This document shows, in pieces, positions 1 to 8,042 of a stretch of DNA of 64,000 bases. How positions within the stretch are numbered: position 1 is the first letter of the stretch; every line of letters starts with the position of its first letter. The notes under the pieces were generated by a model that saw nothing but the letters and a program-made list of their open reading frames with translations, did no database searches and was not told the origin of the DNA. Origin of the DNA: an uncultured virus (IMG/VR IMGVR_UViG_3300037067_026316) (taxonomy: Duplodnaviria > Heunggongvirae > Uroviricota > Caudoviricetes); IMG/VR virus record IMGVR_UViG_3300037067_026316. One strand, written 5' to 3'. Both the position numbers and the translations under genes were made by a program.

Positions 1-45
1 TGTACATATATACATATATACGTGTGGGGTATTGCTATATATAAC

Positions 46-82
46 TTATAAGCTACTATGATCCTGGGGTAGTAGCTTATAA
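46..82. repeat. Perfect 13-bp inverted repeat upstream of terminase
   Basis: TTATAAGCTACTA (46-58) is the reverse complement of TAGTAGCTTATAA (70-82); 11-nt loop. Confidence 0.85.
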
Positions 83-374
83 AGGCCCACATTTTTATAA
101 ATATACTTCCGGGCCGATAACCATAGGTGTACGCGGTGGGAAATGGTGTTATCGTGAATCGATAGCAGTAGACTAAAGGAATCGCTATGAGAGAGTTGAT
201 CAAGTACAATTGTGTTTGATTCTATAGACTATGGAATAGCGAGGTTGCCAGAAGTGCTTTTAGGGTGCTTTTGCCTTTAAATCATAGCTGTAGGAATTGG
301 TACATATAACTTATAGATAATGACCTCGGGAATTGGTATGTTTTAGTAGATATTAAAAAACAATTGATATCAGT

Positions 375-420
375 AGACTTAAATTAGTTCGTTGCTAAAA
401 CAATGAACTAATTTAAGTCT
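375..420. repeat. Perfect 16-bp inverted repeat (hairpin/cruciform)
   Basis: AGACTTAAATTAGTTC (375-390) pairs with GAACTAATTTAAGTCT (405-420); the stem extends inward via GTTG/CAAT. Confidence 0.9.
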
Positions 421-951
421 TGCAATTTTATTGAGAGGCTGGAGGATTAAAGGCCTTGGGAACAGGCTGCTATTTTATCTGATCTTCTGCAGGAGACCGG
501 AGTATGGTATATTCGACAGCAGTAGACGGCACGAATCGAAATACCAGCACCGGGAGGGGTTTTTTAGTAAGACAAAGATATGGTGGGGTGGGGAGTCCTG
601 AGGGGTACAAAAATCCTACATACATCTTTAGAAAATAGACTAATACTATATAAATACTTATATTATAGTACACATCTACAACTAGTTATAGCTTTTTGAA
701 GAGTTGAAAAAAGGAAGGACTTAAATTTGTATGTCATAAAAGATGGTTATGTGACGTATAAAGGATTTTGTGTGTTATAGATTACTCATAAAGGAAGTAT
801 ATAGAAAAAAATAAAATGTATATAGTGCTATATATTTTTTAAATTATATGTTTATTTCTGTAGTTATTATATAACAACAAAAATTTTTACTAAATTTTTA
901 ATATTTTTCAAACTCATATAGATTACATTTACTATACTATATCTATGAGAA

Positions 952-2538
952 ATGTTATATAGAAAGAGCTTAGATCAAACATCAGGAAGGACAATGAAAC
1001 TGAAGTTTGAAAGAAAAGAGTTATCGCTCATAGGTCGTTATCTAGCAAGGCCATTGAAAAAAGAGGAAGTAGAGGCCTTACAGTGGACCTATGATAGTTT
1101 TGCATATTTTACATATACTATTTATAAATGGGCTGTACAAAGGCATTTTGAAGAATTTGTTGGTGGACAATTTATAATTGATGAATGCAATTTCCTGCAG
1201 AACAACGATAAGACAATAACAGTAGAACCAAGAGCTCATTGGAAGAGCATGAGGTTTTATGCTTATCTAATGTGGAGGCTTTGGAAGAATAGGTATGATA
1301 GAAGGAATATAAGATCATCTTATTTTTCTTATAGAAAGACGCTAGCAGAAGAGCACGTTCAAACATTAAAGTATCTTGTTGGAGACTCTATTCTTCCTAT
1401 CCTGGGAATGGTAGATGAAAAGGGAAGAGCGGATACATTAGCAAGATTTACATGGGATTCCCACAGGCCTATGAGTGACCGTAAGAGGTTTATGGTTAAG
1501 CCTCATGGTCTCCTTGAGTTCTCAAGAGGCACTCATACTGAGATTGTACTTGTGGATGATCCTCTTAAAGATGATTCTGATCCTAATGCAAGGACTAATG
1601 TCTGGCGAATTAATTCTATATTTGTCTCTGTAGTGATGAATATTCCTACCAGGGATGGAGTTTTACATGTAGTAGGAACTCCTCAAACAGAGGATGATTT
1701 TTTATTTGATAAGAATATTCAGAAAGAATTTAAAACTAGAGTAAAACCTGCTATATATGTTGAGAATGGAGAGGAGAAAGCTCTATGGCCTGAGATGTTT
1801 CCCCTAGATCTTCTAAAAAAGATGAGGGAAAGCCGGAAGATAAAGCTGAAAGGCGGTGTGGTCTCAACCTTCGAGCAAGAATATATGTGCGCTCCCAGGG
1901 CTGCAGCATTTTCTTACTTTGACCATGAGCTATGCCAAAGATGTATAGATATATCTCTCCACAACAACGACTTTTTCAGCATAGGGGTTAAGTGGAGGCC
2001 ATTCGCTGGAAGATATTGCATAGCAGGATATGACCCTGGCAAAAGGGTTAATCCAGGTCATTTTTCAGTTCTTGAAGTCTATGGAGGTCATTATACTCAA
2101 CTTCTCAGCAAGTGGTTCGACCATGTAGATTATGCATCTGTAGGAGAAGTGGGATACTCTCAATTTTCCTATATTAATAAAGCTAGAGAAAAATTGCATA
2201 TTACTTCTATTATGGCAGATAATACTAGAGGAGAGCTTACTACTGCAGAAGAAAGAAAGATCATTCCGGGTTTGGTTTGTGTTTCCATCACCCCTAGAAA
2301 GAAAATGGAAATGGCACAGGCTATCGATTCTGCGATGACTGATAGAGTTCTACATCTTGTAGATGATGCAAGGCAAACCAGACAGCTCATGGGCATTCAG
2401 CAGGATCTGACTTGTGCGAGCACTTCTGAAGGCCATGGAGAGCCGTTAACTACCATAGGATTGCCCCTTTCTACTTTATATTTCAAGCAGGGGCTTCTAG
2501 GAGCTAGGAGAGGGAGTTATCTCATAAAGCTTCATTAA
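952..2538 (+). CDS. terL: Terminase large subunit
   Basis: Walker A-like EPRAHWKS, Walker B VLVDD, motif III VGTP, LWPE..P and FEQEYMC motifs, RNase H-like GYDPG; lies upstream of portal. The true start may be the later Met (MKLKF). Confidence 0.9.
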   Translation: MLYRKSLDQTSGRTMKLKFERKELSLIGRYLARPLKKEEVEALQWTYDSFAYFTYTIYKWAVQRHFEEFVGGQFIIDECNFLQNNDKTITVEPRAHWKSMRFYAYLMWRLWKNRYDRRNIRSSYFSYRKTLAEEHVQTLKYLVGDSILPILGMVDEKGRADTLARFTWDSHRPMSDRKRFMVKPHGLLEFSRGTHTEIVLVDDPLKDDSDPNARTNVWRINSIFVSVVMNIPTRDGVLHVVGTPQTEDDFLFDKNIQKEFKTRVKPAIYVENGEEKALWPEMFPLDLLKKMRESRKIKLKGGVVSTFEQEYMCAPRAAAFSYFDHELCQRCIDISLHNNDFFSIGVKWRPFAGRYCIAGYDPGKRVNPGHFSVLEVYGGHYTQLLSKWFDHVDYASVGEVGYSQFSYINKAREKLHITSIMADNTRGELTTAEERKIIPGLVCVSITPRKKMEMAQAIDSAMTDRVLHLVDDARQTRQLMGIQQDLTCASTSEGHGEPLTTIGLPLSTLYFKQGLLGARRGSYLIKLH

Positions 2539-2546
2539 GAAAGTTA

Positions 2547-2556
2547 TTTATACTAT
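2547..2556 (+). promoter_or_regulatory. Archaeal-type TATA box with upstream purine-rich BRE-like segment
   Basis: GAAAGTTA-TTTATACTAT about 50 nt before ATG 2603, with a GGAG RBS; the same motif recurs before other gene blocks. Confidence 0.55.
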
Positions 2557-2602
2557 AACTACGCTTTAGTCTCCTATAACAAACAAAGGAGATGAACAAG
2601 GT

Positions 2603-3292
2603 ATGGCTTTCAAGAAAGAGAATGAGATCCCTGATAATGGGTATATAGATCTGCAGATTGCGGCACCAATAAAGTATATTGTGAGCATTGTAGGACAATC
2701 AGATATTCTATTTAATCGAATGATAGATCAATCTGAGACTCCTGCAGAAGGAGTTTTAAACGGAAGTAAAAAGAGTGCAATTACAAAGGACAAAGCAGAA
2801 GTTGAGAGGCAGATCTGGAGGGAGAAGGCATACTTCAGACCAGAGAGTGAAGTTCTGTATATCCCAGGAGAGAACATTCATCAATGCATGGTAGATGGGG
2901 CTTCCTACTGGGGTATGACTATACCAGGTAGAGGAAAGACTCAGTATACAGGAGTGGTAAAGGCTGGAGTTATTTGCCAGGATATAAGCCTTGCAACATT
3001 GGATAGCGAAGGAAACTACGTTGAAGCAACAAAGGCTGATCTGGTTAGCTTCGGAAGGTCTGTGAATGGTACTCCTACTAAAGGAAAAGGAAGTAAGGTT
3101 TATAGAATCCGTCCTTCGCTGGAAAGCTGGAATGGAACATTCCTAATGACAGTTATAGATGCCCGTCTTACTCCTCAGATTTTGAGAACAATAGTCTCAT
3201 ATGCAGGCCTATATAGGGGTCTAGGGGATTGGAGGCCTAACCATGGGCGCTTTGAGCTGGAGCACCTGGGAGAAGTTATGGGTAAGGCATAA
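2603..3292 (+). CDS. Stand-alone Cas7/RAMP-like RNA-binding protein (candidate effector of a GGY/NN-repeat RNA-guided system)
   Basis: RAMP-like layout: N-terminal strand VSIVGQSDILFN, central LYIPGENIHQCM (cf. IPGSSxKG), RIRP..W strand, C-terminal glycine-rich loop AGLYRGLGDWRPNHGRF. Confidence 0.75.
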   Translation: MAFKKENEIPDNGYIDLQIAAPIKYIVSIVGQSDILFNRMIDQSETPAEGVLNGSKKSAITKDKAEVERQIWREKAYFRPESEVLYIPGENIHQCMVDGASYWGMTIPGRGKTQYTGVVKAGVICQDISLATLDSEGNYVEATKADLVSFGRSVNGTPTKGKGSKVYRIRPSLESWNGTFLMTVIDARLTPQILRTIVSYAGLYRGLGDWRPNHGRFELEHLGEVMGKA

Positions 3293-3311
3293 GCTGCCCA
3301 TACCTTTTTAG

Positions 3312-4103
3312 GTGGTTTTTATGAAAGAGTTGTCTTCGGCAGATACCAAAGAGCTTGTTAATTTGTATATTGAAGAGCTCGGACAGACTGGAACGGCTAG
3401 AAAGCTTACAGAACTTGGATATAGGAGCCCTGAAGGTTCTTCAATTTTACAAGCACATATACATAAAATTATGCATGGAGCAAATATTTGCCTTTTAGCT
3501 CCTGAGAAAGAGCAGCAACTTAAGGATGTTATAGAAAGTAAAGAACAAACTCAGATAGATATTTGGGCTCCTTATGATCCATTCATCCCTAATAAGCGTA
3601 TAAGGAGTCCACAAGATATCATAGAAGATGCTGCAAATTGGATAAATGATGTGGTTTGTAAAGTTAAGATGTATGGAGAAGTTCCTAAAGGAGAAATACA
3701 ATTTACTCATATCTTAATGTCAAATCTTCTTGAGGTGAATTATATTCCTGGTAGAGTAAATAGAGTCTACTATGACTTTGTAACTGATCTTAGGGTAGTT
3801 TTGATGAAAAAGTATGGTATTTCTCTTAGGACCTTAAGATTTAGGTGTTCAGCTAATGGGGAGACTGGCGGCTATGCTGTAGAGACTAGAGGGCAATTTT
3901 CTTATGTAAGTCAGCTTTTGGATAAGATGGTTAGTTATGGGTCTCGCGCATCGATGTATATATCTCAAATAGAGGCACGGCAATTGGAAATTCAAGATCC
4001 TCAACTTAAGGAGAGAATTCAAAGAATTAGGCCTCAGCTTCTTGGTATGAATGAAAAACTAGGGACTTCTAGGATACGTATCGGCAAGAGGGAGAATTTA
4101 TGA
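3312..4103 (+). CDS. Hypothetical protein, possibly DNA-binding; candidate accessory of the RAMP locus
   Basis: 263-aa ORF; N-terminal helical ARKLTELGYRSPEG segment resembles an HTH/recombinase-type DNA-binding element; co-oriented with the RAMP gene. Confidence 0.5.
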   Translation: MVFMKELSSADTKELVNLYIEELGQTGTARKLTELGYRSPEGSSILQAHIHKIMHGANICLLAPEKEQQLKDVIESKEQTQIDIWAPYDPFIPNKRIRSPQDIIEDAANWINDVVCKVKMYGEVPKGEIQFTHILMSNLLEVNYIPGRVNRVYYDFVTDLRVVLMKKYGISLRTLRFRCSANGETGGYAVETRGQFSYVSQLLDKMVSYGSRASMYISQIEARQLEIQDPQLKERIQRIRPQLLGMNEKLGTSRIRIGKRENL

Positions 4104-4303
4104 GAAAATCAAGTGTAAAGTTAGAGCTTAATGGTGAGGAAAGGTTGTTGTTTACTAAACCTAGATTAAGACAAATTGATAGCAATGGACGGGTATTTGT
4201 GTCTAAGAATTATGTTGGCAAAGAGGTTCTAATGTTGTTAATTGATCCTATAGATGAGGATTTTAAGAACTTCAATCCTATAGCGAAGACTTACATCTTG
4301 TGA
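4100..4303 (+). CDS. Small AbrB/DUF2080-like DNA-binding protein
   Basis: RQIDSNGRVFVSKNYVGKEVLMLLI fits the swapped-hairpin pattern common in archaeal mobile elements; ATGA overlap with the upstream gene. Confidence 0.65.
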   Translation: MRKSSVKLELNGEERLLFTKPRLRQIDSNGRVFVSKNYVGKEVLMLLIDPIDEDFKNFNPIAKTYIL

Positions 4304-4319
4304 ATAAAGTTAAAATAAA

Positions 4320-4484
4320 GGCAAGGCAAGGTTCAAGGCCTGGCATGGCTAGGCTAGGCAGGGCAAGGCAAGGCAAGGCAAGGCAAGGTTCAAGGCATGG
4401 CTACATAAGCCTCAGCCAGCTCAGCAGCTACAGATATGTTTGCCAGGTAATGCAGAGGCAAGGTTCAAAGGTTCGGTGAGGTTA
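4320..4484 (+). ncRNA. GGY/NN pentamer repeat array (candidate guide RNA precursor)
   Basis: Intergenic GGC-AA-GGC-AA-GGT-TCAA-GGC-CT-GGC-AT-GGC-TA-GGC-TA-GGC-AG-(GGC-AA)x5-GGT-TCAA-GGC-AT-GGC-TA; AGGCAAGGTTCAA recurs at 4324, 4381 and 4456. Confidence 0.7.
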
Positions 4485-4498
4485 AAAAAAGAAAAAAC

Positions 4499-4557
4499 CA
4501 GATGGTATAGTAGTTACTTACTACTTTGTGTATTGGAGGCAAAAGTTCCACCATCTG
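4499..4557 (+). other. Stem-loop directly downstream of the GGY/NN array
   Basis: CAGATGGT (4499-4506) pairs with ACCATCTG (4550-4557), enclosing an AGTAG/CTACT hairpin. Confidence 0.45.
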
Positions 4558-4796
4558 TGAGCTATTAATTTTGAACTGCCGTTCTCTTGGAATGACAGGG
4601 AATATATTAGACCTATCTTAGGGTGATTAAATTATTTAAAAGTATCTATCAAATCGATAAAACAAACATTTAAATATTATATCTTTTACATATGATATTG
4701 GATAATGAAGTCCTTCTTGAAAAGGATGAGGCTGTTTATTAGCAGATGGGATGAAGTAGAGAAGGAATCATTTATAATAAATTTTGAAGTGTAAAA

Positions 4797-4949
4797 ATGG
4801 CAAAATCTCTTAGACTTGGATTAACTTTAAGTGAGGAAGATGTAAATGTATTCTGGCAGAATGAGAAAAATTATGTTGTAACACTGCAGCAGAAGCTTCA
4901 GTTTGAGGAAGCACAACGGATTTATCAATTGAAGCCGATTATATTTTAA
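4797..4949 (+). CDS. Small protein (50 aa), possibly antitoxin-like
   Basis: Hand-translated MAKSLRLGLTLSEEDVNVFWQNEKNY...; below the ORF-track cutoff; resembles small methanogen proteins beginning MAxxIxLGLxLxGED (recalled, unverified). Confidence 0.45.
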   Translation: MAKSLRLGLTLSEEDVNVFWQNEKNYVVTLQQKLQFEEAQRIYQLKPIIF

Positions 4950-5271
4950 TGGATACTCTTGGCTAAATAAAGTTCCATGAGGTTCTCGCTAAATGTCCAA
5001 ACGGACATTTCCAAAACCTTTTTATACTATAGCTGTACTTTATACTACTATGGTAGGAATATTAGATGAAAAACGCTGGCAAAGAAGTAATACAGGAATG
5101 TATCATAACGGGAGATGTAATGGAGCAGTAAGATTAAGACCATTGTATCTCTCTGGGGAAAAACTTTCTTATAATGAATTAATTAAACGAGGTTTACCTA
5201 TATGTAAAAAATGTATACGTATTTAAAATAAAGAGTGATATAATAAAGGAGGCTTCTATATAGACAATAAT

Positions 5272-5502
5272 ATGAGCATAGCAGAAGAGGCTTATCAGGA
5301 ATCTCTTTGTGAGAATGCAGAGCCTTTTGGATGGGAAGATCAGCCTAAGAACATTAAGGTTTTGCGAATTACACAAGAGCAGAAGAGAACATTAATTCTT
5401 GCAATTGAATTGATTGAATCAAATATTTATTACAATGACCATATAATGTTTGATCTTTGTAATTTGCTTAAAATTATGCTGAAGGAGATGGGGCAAAAAT
5501 GA
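5272..5502 (+). CDS. Hypothetical protein with ITxEQ...MLxE module
   Basis: GGAGG upstream; shares a module with the next gene. Confidence 0.6.
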   Translation: MSIAEEAYQESLCENAEPFGWEDQPKNIKVLRITQEQKRTLILAIELIESNIYYNDHIMFDLCNLLKIMLKEMGQK

Positions 5503-5825
5503 ATTCAGAAGATCATATTGATAATCGTTGGTGGCGAATCACGAAAGAGCGTAAGCATCTCATAAGTTTCCTTTTATCAGGTGAGTTTGATAGAAATTGC
5601 TCTTGTGGTTGTTGCAGACGTGCATTAAGAGAGGGTCAGGTTATGCTGGAGGAGGCAGCAGGAATAGATCTAGGAGATTCAAAGTGCGGGCAAATTACTG
5701 AAGAACAAAGAGAGGCCATTAGAATAATCATATCGGAAATGGAAAATGTGTCTACGTATATAAATGATCCATTCTGTGTAGATACTGCAACGGATATATT
5801 AAAAGCTATGTTAGAGGAGATATAA
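5499..5825 (+). CDS. Hypothetical protein with two ITxE...MLEE modules
   Basis: ATGA overlap with the previous gene; GGAG RBS. Confidence 0.6.
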   Translation: MNSEDHIDNRWWRITKERKHLISFLLSGEFDRNCSCGCCRRALREGQVMLEEAAGIDLGDSKCGQITEEQREAIRIIISEMENVSTYINDPFCVDTATDILKAMLEEI

Positions 5826-5880
5826 AACTATGAAAAGAAGAAGAGAGGATAAAATTTATATACTTTTATAGACAGATATA

Positions 5881-6041
5881 CTCTTGCTTATGCGGGCTTC
5901 TCACGTATAAGCTTCTTGGCCGAAATGGAAATATCTCCTCTGCAAAAAAAAGCAAGAGCGAATCTGAAGGGATTGGGGATCTTAATTGGGATCAGGAGGC
6001 GTTTATGCCTTTTCACCTCCTTTGATCCTGATCCCAATTAA
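5881..6041 (+). ncRNA. Candidate structured small RNA(s) with CU-rich anti-Shine-Dalgarno loops
   Basis: TATA-like TTTATATA about 25 nt upstream; CTCTTGCT/AGCAAGAG stem (5881-5958); perfect 16-bp stem 5982-5997/6026-6041 with TCACCTCCTT in the loop. Confidence 0.5.
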
Positions 6042-6116
6042 AGTTGTCTGATATAGCAAGTTATAGCAGTAATTTTACGAAAGATATAAGTTTAATCTTC
6101 ATGAGACTATCATATC

Positions 6117-8042
6117 ATGAGAATTGAAAAAAGTAGAAAAGCCAAAAGTAAAATAAAAGGGCATGCTATTACTCCGGAATTAAGATTTCATAGCGGTGGG
6201 GGATCAGCAGATGTATCTAATAAAGTAAGTTTTTACCAAATGTCTATTTATGATATGAAAAACTTTCTTGCTTCAGATCCTTCAAGAATTAATAAATATG
6301 TTTTATATAATTTAATGGTTAAATTAGATACTGAGTTAAGAACAGCTATTAGTATGATATCCTATACAGTGTCTAATTCTTACATGGGACCTGCTATTAA
6401 AGAGCCTCCTAAAGAGTTCGATAAGAGCACAAGATATATTCCGTCAACTCCTTATTTTCTGAAAGACGTGGAGAAGATCTTAGGGGAAATCAATTTCTCA
6501 AATGGCCTGCAGGCTATGGTAAGAATGATAGTTAGAGATGGGGATATCTATTATAGAATTCATAGAAAAGATAATAGAGAAATATCTCATCTTGAGCTTC
6601 TGCCTTCAGGAGCTGTAACGATAATGGATAACGAATATAAGAAAGATCCTAAGGAAGCAGGGTATGTAATTAGATCGCCTGATGTTTTTCTTCTTAACGA
6701 AGTTTTAGATACTGGAGCAACTAAAGGAACTTATGTTAATCAACAGACTCTAAGTAATCAAGGAGCAGCAGGGACTATTTATTCTAAAACTTCTGTTTTA
6801 TCTCCATTTTCGGGAATGTCAGATGGTAAATTATCAGGAGTTGCTGGATCAGAGAGCGTAGCGATGTATGAAGGAAGCGCTCTTACAATTCTGGAACCAG
6901 AAGAAGTACTTCATTTCTCTTACCAGCGAGAAGGTAGTGCATGTCGAGATATCTTAGGGAGGAATACATTTTCGATCTATGGAGAGAGTCCGTTAGAATC
7001 TTTGGTATTTATCTTGAAGCTTAAAATGGCTGTCACTCTTGATTACATGCTTTATAGTAGAACTGGTCTTCCCAGGTGGGATTTTTCTGTAGAGCTTTCT
7101 GAAATTATGAATCTTGAGAATTATACTGGAGACTATCAAAATCGACTCAAAGAGGCCCGAGGGCTAGCGAAAGAGATCTTTAATGAATTTGAAAAACAGT
7201 TATATTATGTGGATGAGGACCCTGAATCACCAACAGTAGGATCTACAATACCAATGGAAGCTGATCATGCTTTTATTCACGGAAATGATGTAGCTGTAGA
7301 ACAAAAAGGCGGAAGGCCTGCTAGCACGCAATATTTAGAGGTTATTAAGAAATGCGACATGTCCATTTGTTCTGCTTTAGGGGTCCCTCTATCTCTATTT
7401 GGGTATGAATCAGCTCAGACATATGCAATAGGATATATTACTAGATCTTTTATGTTATCTTTTGGCGGAAGCCTATTGAGTTCTATAGGTGGAGAAATCA
7501 AACAATTCTTAAAAGCTGAATTTGAAAGGAGGAACTTGCAGGCAGAGCCTGCAGATTGGGATCATTTAGAACTGGCATATTATATTGATGATTCTGATGC
7601 TATAGCCCTTGAAGCCGAACTTGAGAAAGCACGTCTTAATATTGCTGTTCAGGGTTATGTTAACGCTCTTCTTACTAAGAATGAAGGAAGGGCAAGAATT
7701 GGCTATGAGGATGTTGATGATGGAGATCAGTTTAGGGAAATTCCAGCGTTTAACAATCCTGGGAATCCTGCCAGCGCTGGAGAAGGAATTGGATCTGAAA
7801 CCGGAGGCTTAAATCCTCTAGGGGCTGGATACTCTGGAGAGGGAGGCGAATTATCAGGAATGCAGAAGAATCAATCTGCAGAAAAGCCTCATTTCCATAG
7901 ACATGATAGTTTAGAAGCTTTTTCAAGCTTACGAGAAAAGGAACCTGGGATGGAAAGTAGAATAAAGACGATTTATGATAAAGCTCTTCAGAAGGTCTTG
8001 GAAGATTTGGCTGTTCAATTAGATGGAGTTAGAAATGGCTAA
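6117..8042 (+). CDS. Portal protein
   Basis: Position; IVRDGDIY, EEVLHF, YGESPLE, ICSALGVPLSLFG and LTKNEGRARIGY are typical portal motifs. Confidence 0.85.
   Translation: MRIEKSRKAKSKIKGHAITPELRFHSGGGSADVSNKVSFYQMSIYDMKNFLASDPSRINKYVLYNLMVKLDTELRTAISMISYTVSNSYMGPAIKEPPKEFDKSTRYIPSTPYFLKDVEKILGEINFSNGLQAMVRMIVRDGDIYYRIHRKDNREISHLELLPSGAVTIMDNEYKKDPKEAGYVIRSPDVFLLNEVLDTGATKGTYVNQQTLSNQGAAGTIYSKTSVLSPFSGMSDGKLSGVAGSESVAMYEGSALTILEPEEVLHFSYQREGSACRDILGRNTFSIYGESPLESLVFILKLKMAVTLDYMLYSRTGLPRWDFSVELSEIMNLENYTGDYQNRLKEARGLAKEIFNEFEKQLYYVDEDPESPTVGSTIPMEADHAFIHGNDVAVEQKGGRPASTQYLEVIKKCDMSICSALGVPLSLFGYESAQTYAIGYITRSFMLSFGGSLLSSIGGEIKQFLKAEFERRNLQAEPADWDHLELAYYIDDSDAIALEAELEKARLNIAVQGYVNALLTKNEGRARIGYEDVDDGDQFREIPAFNNPGNPASAGEGIGSETGGLNPLGAGYSGEGGELSGMQKNQSAEKPHFHRHDSLEAFSSLREKEPGMESRIKTIYDKALQKVLEDLAVQLDGVRNG

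Noticed and set aside
929..942. Possible self-target of the array: TTnCTnTAnTAnAT is complementary to five consecutive NN pairs
   Set aside because: Only 10 mostly A/T positions match and the flanking pairs mismatch; roughly one such hit is expected by chance in an AT-rich 64-kb sequence.
4320..4403. Plain (GGCAA)n microsatellite or coding repeat
   Set aside because: Variation is restricted to the two non-GGY positions, units are delimited by a recurring motif, the tract is intergenic, and it follows a RAMP-like gene.
4320..4484. Classical CRISPR array
   Set aside because: There are no 23-47-nt direct repeats with unique spacers; the periodicity is 5 nt.
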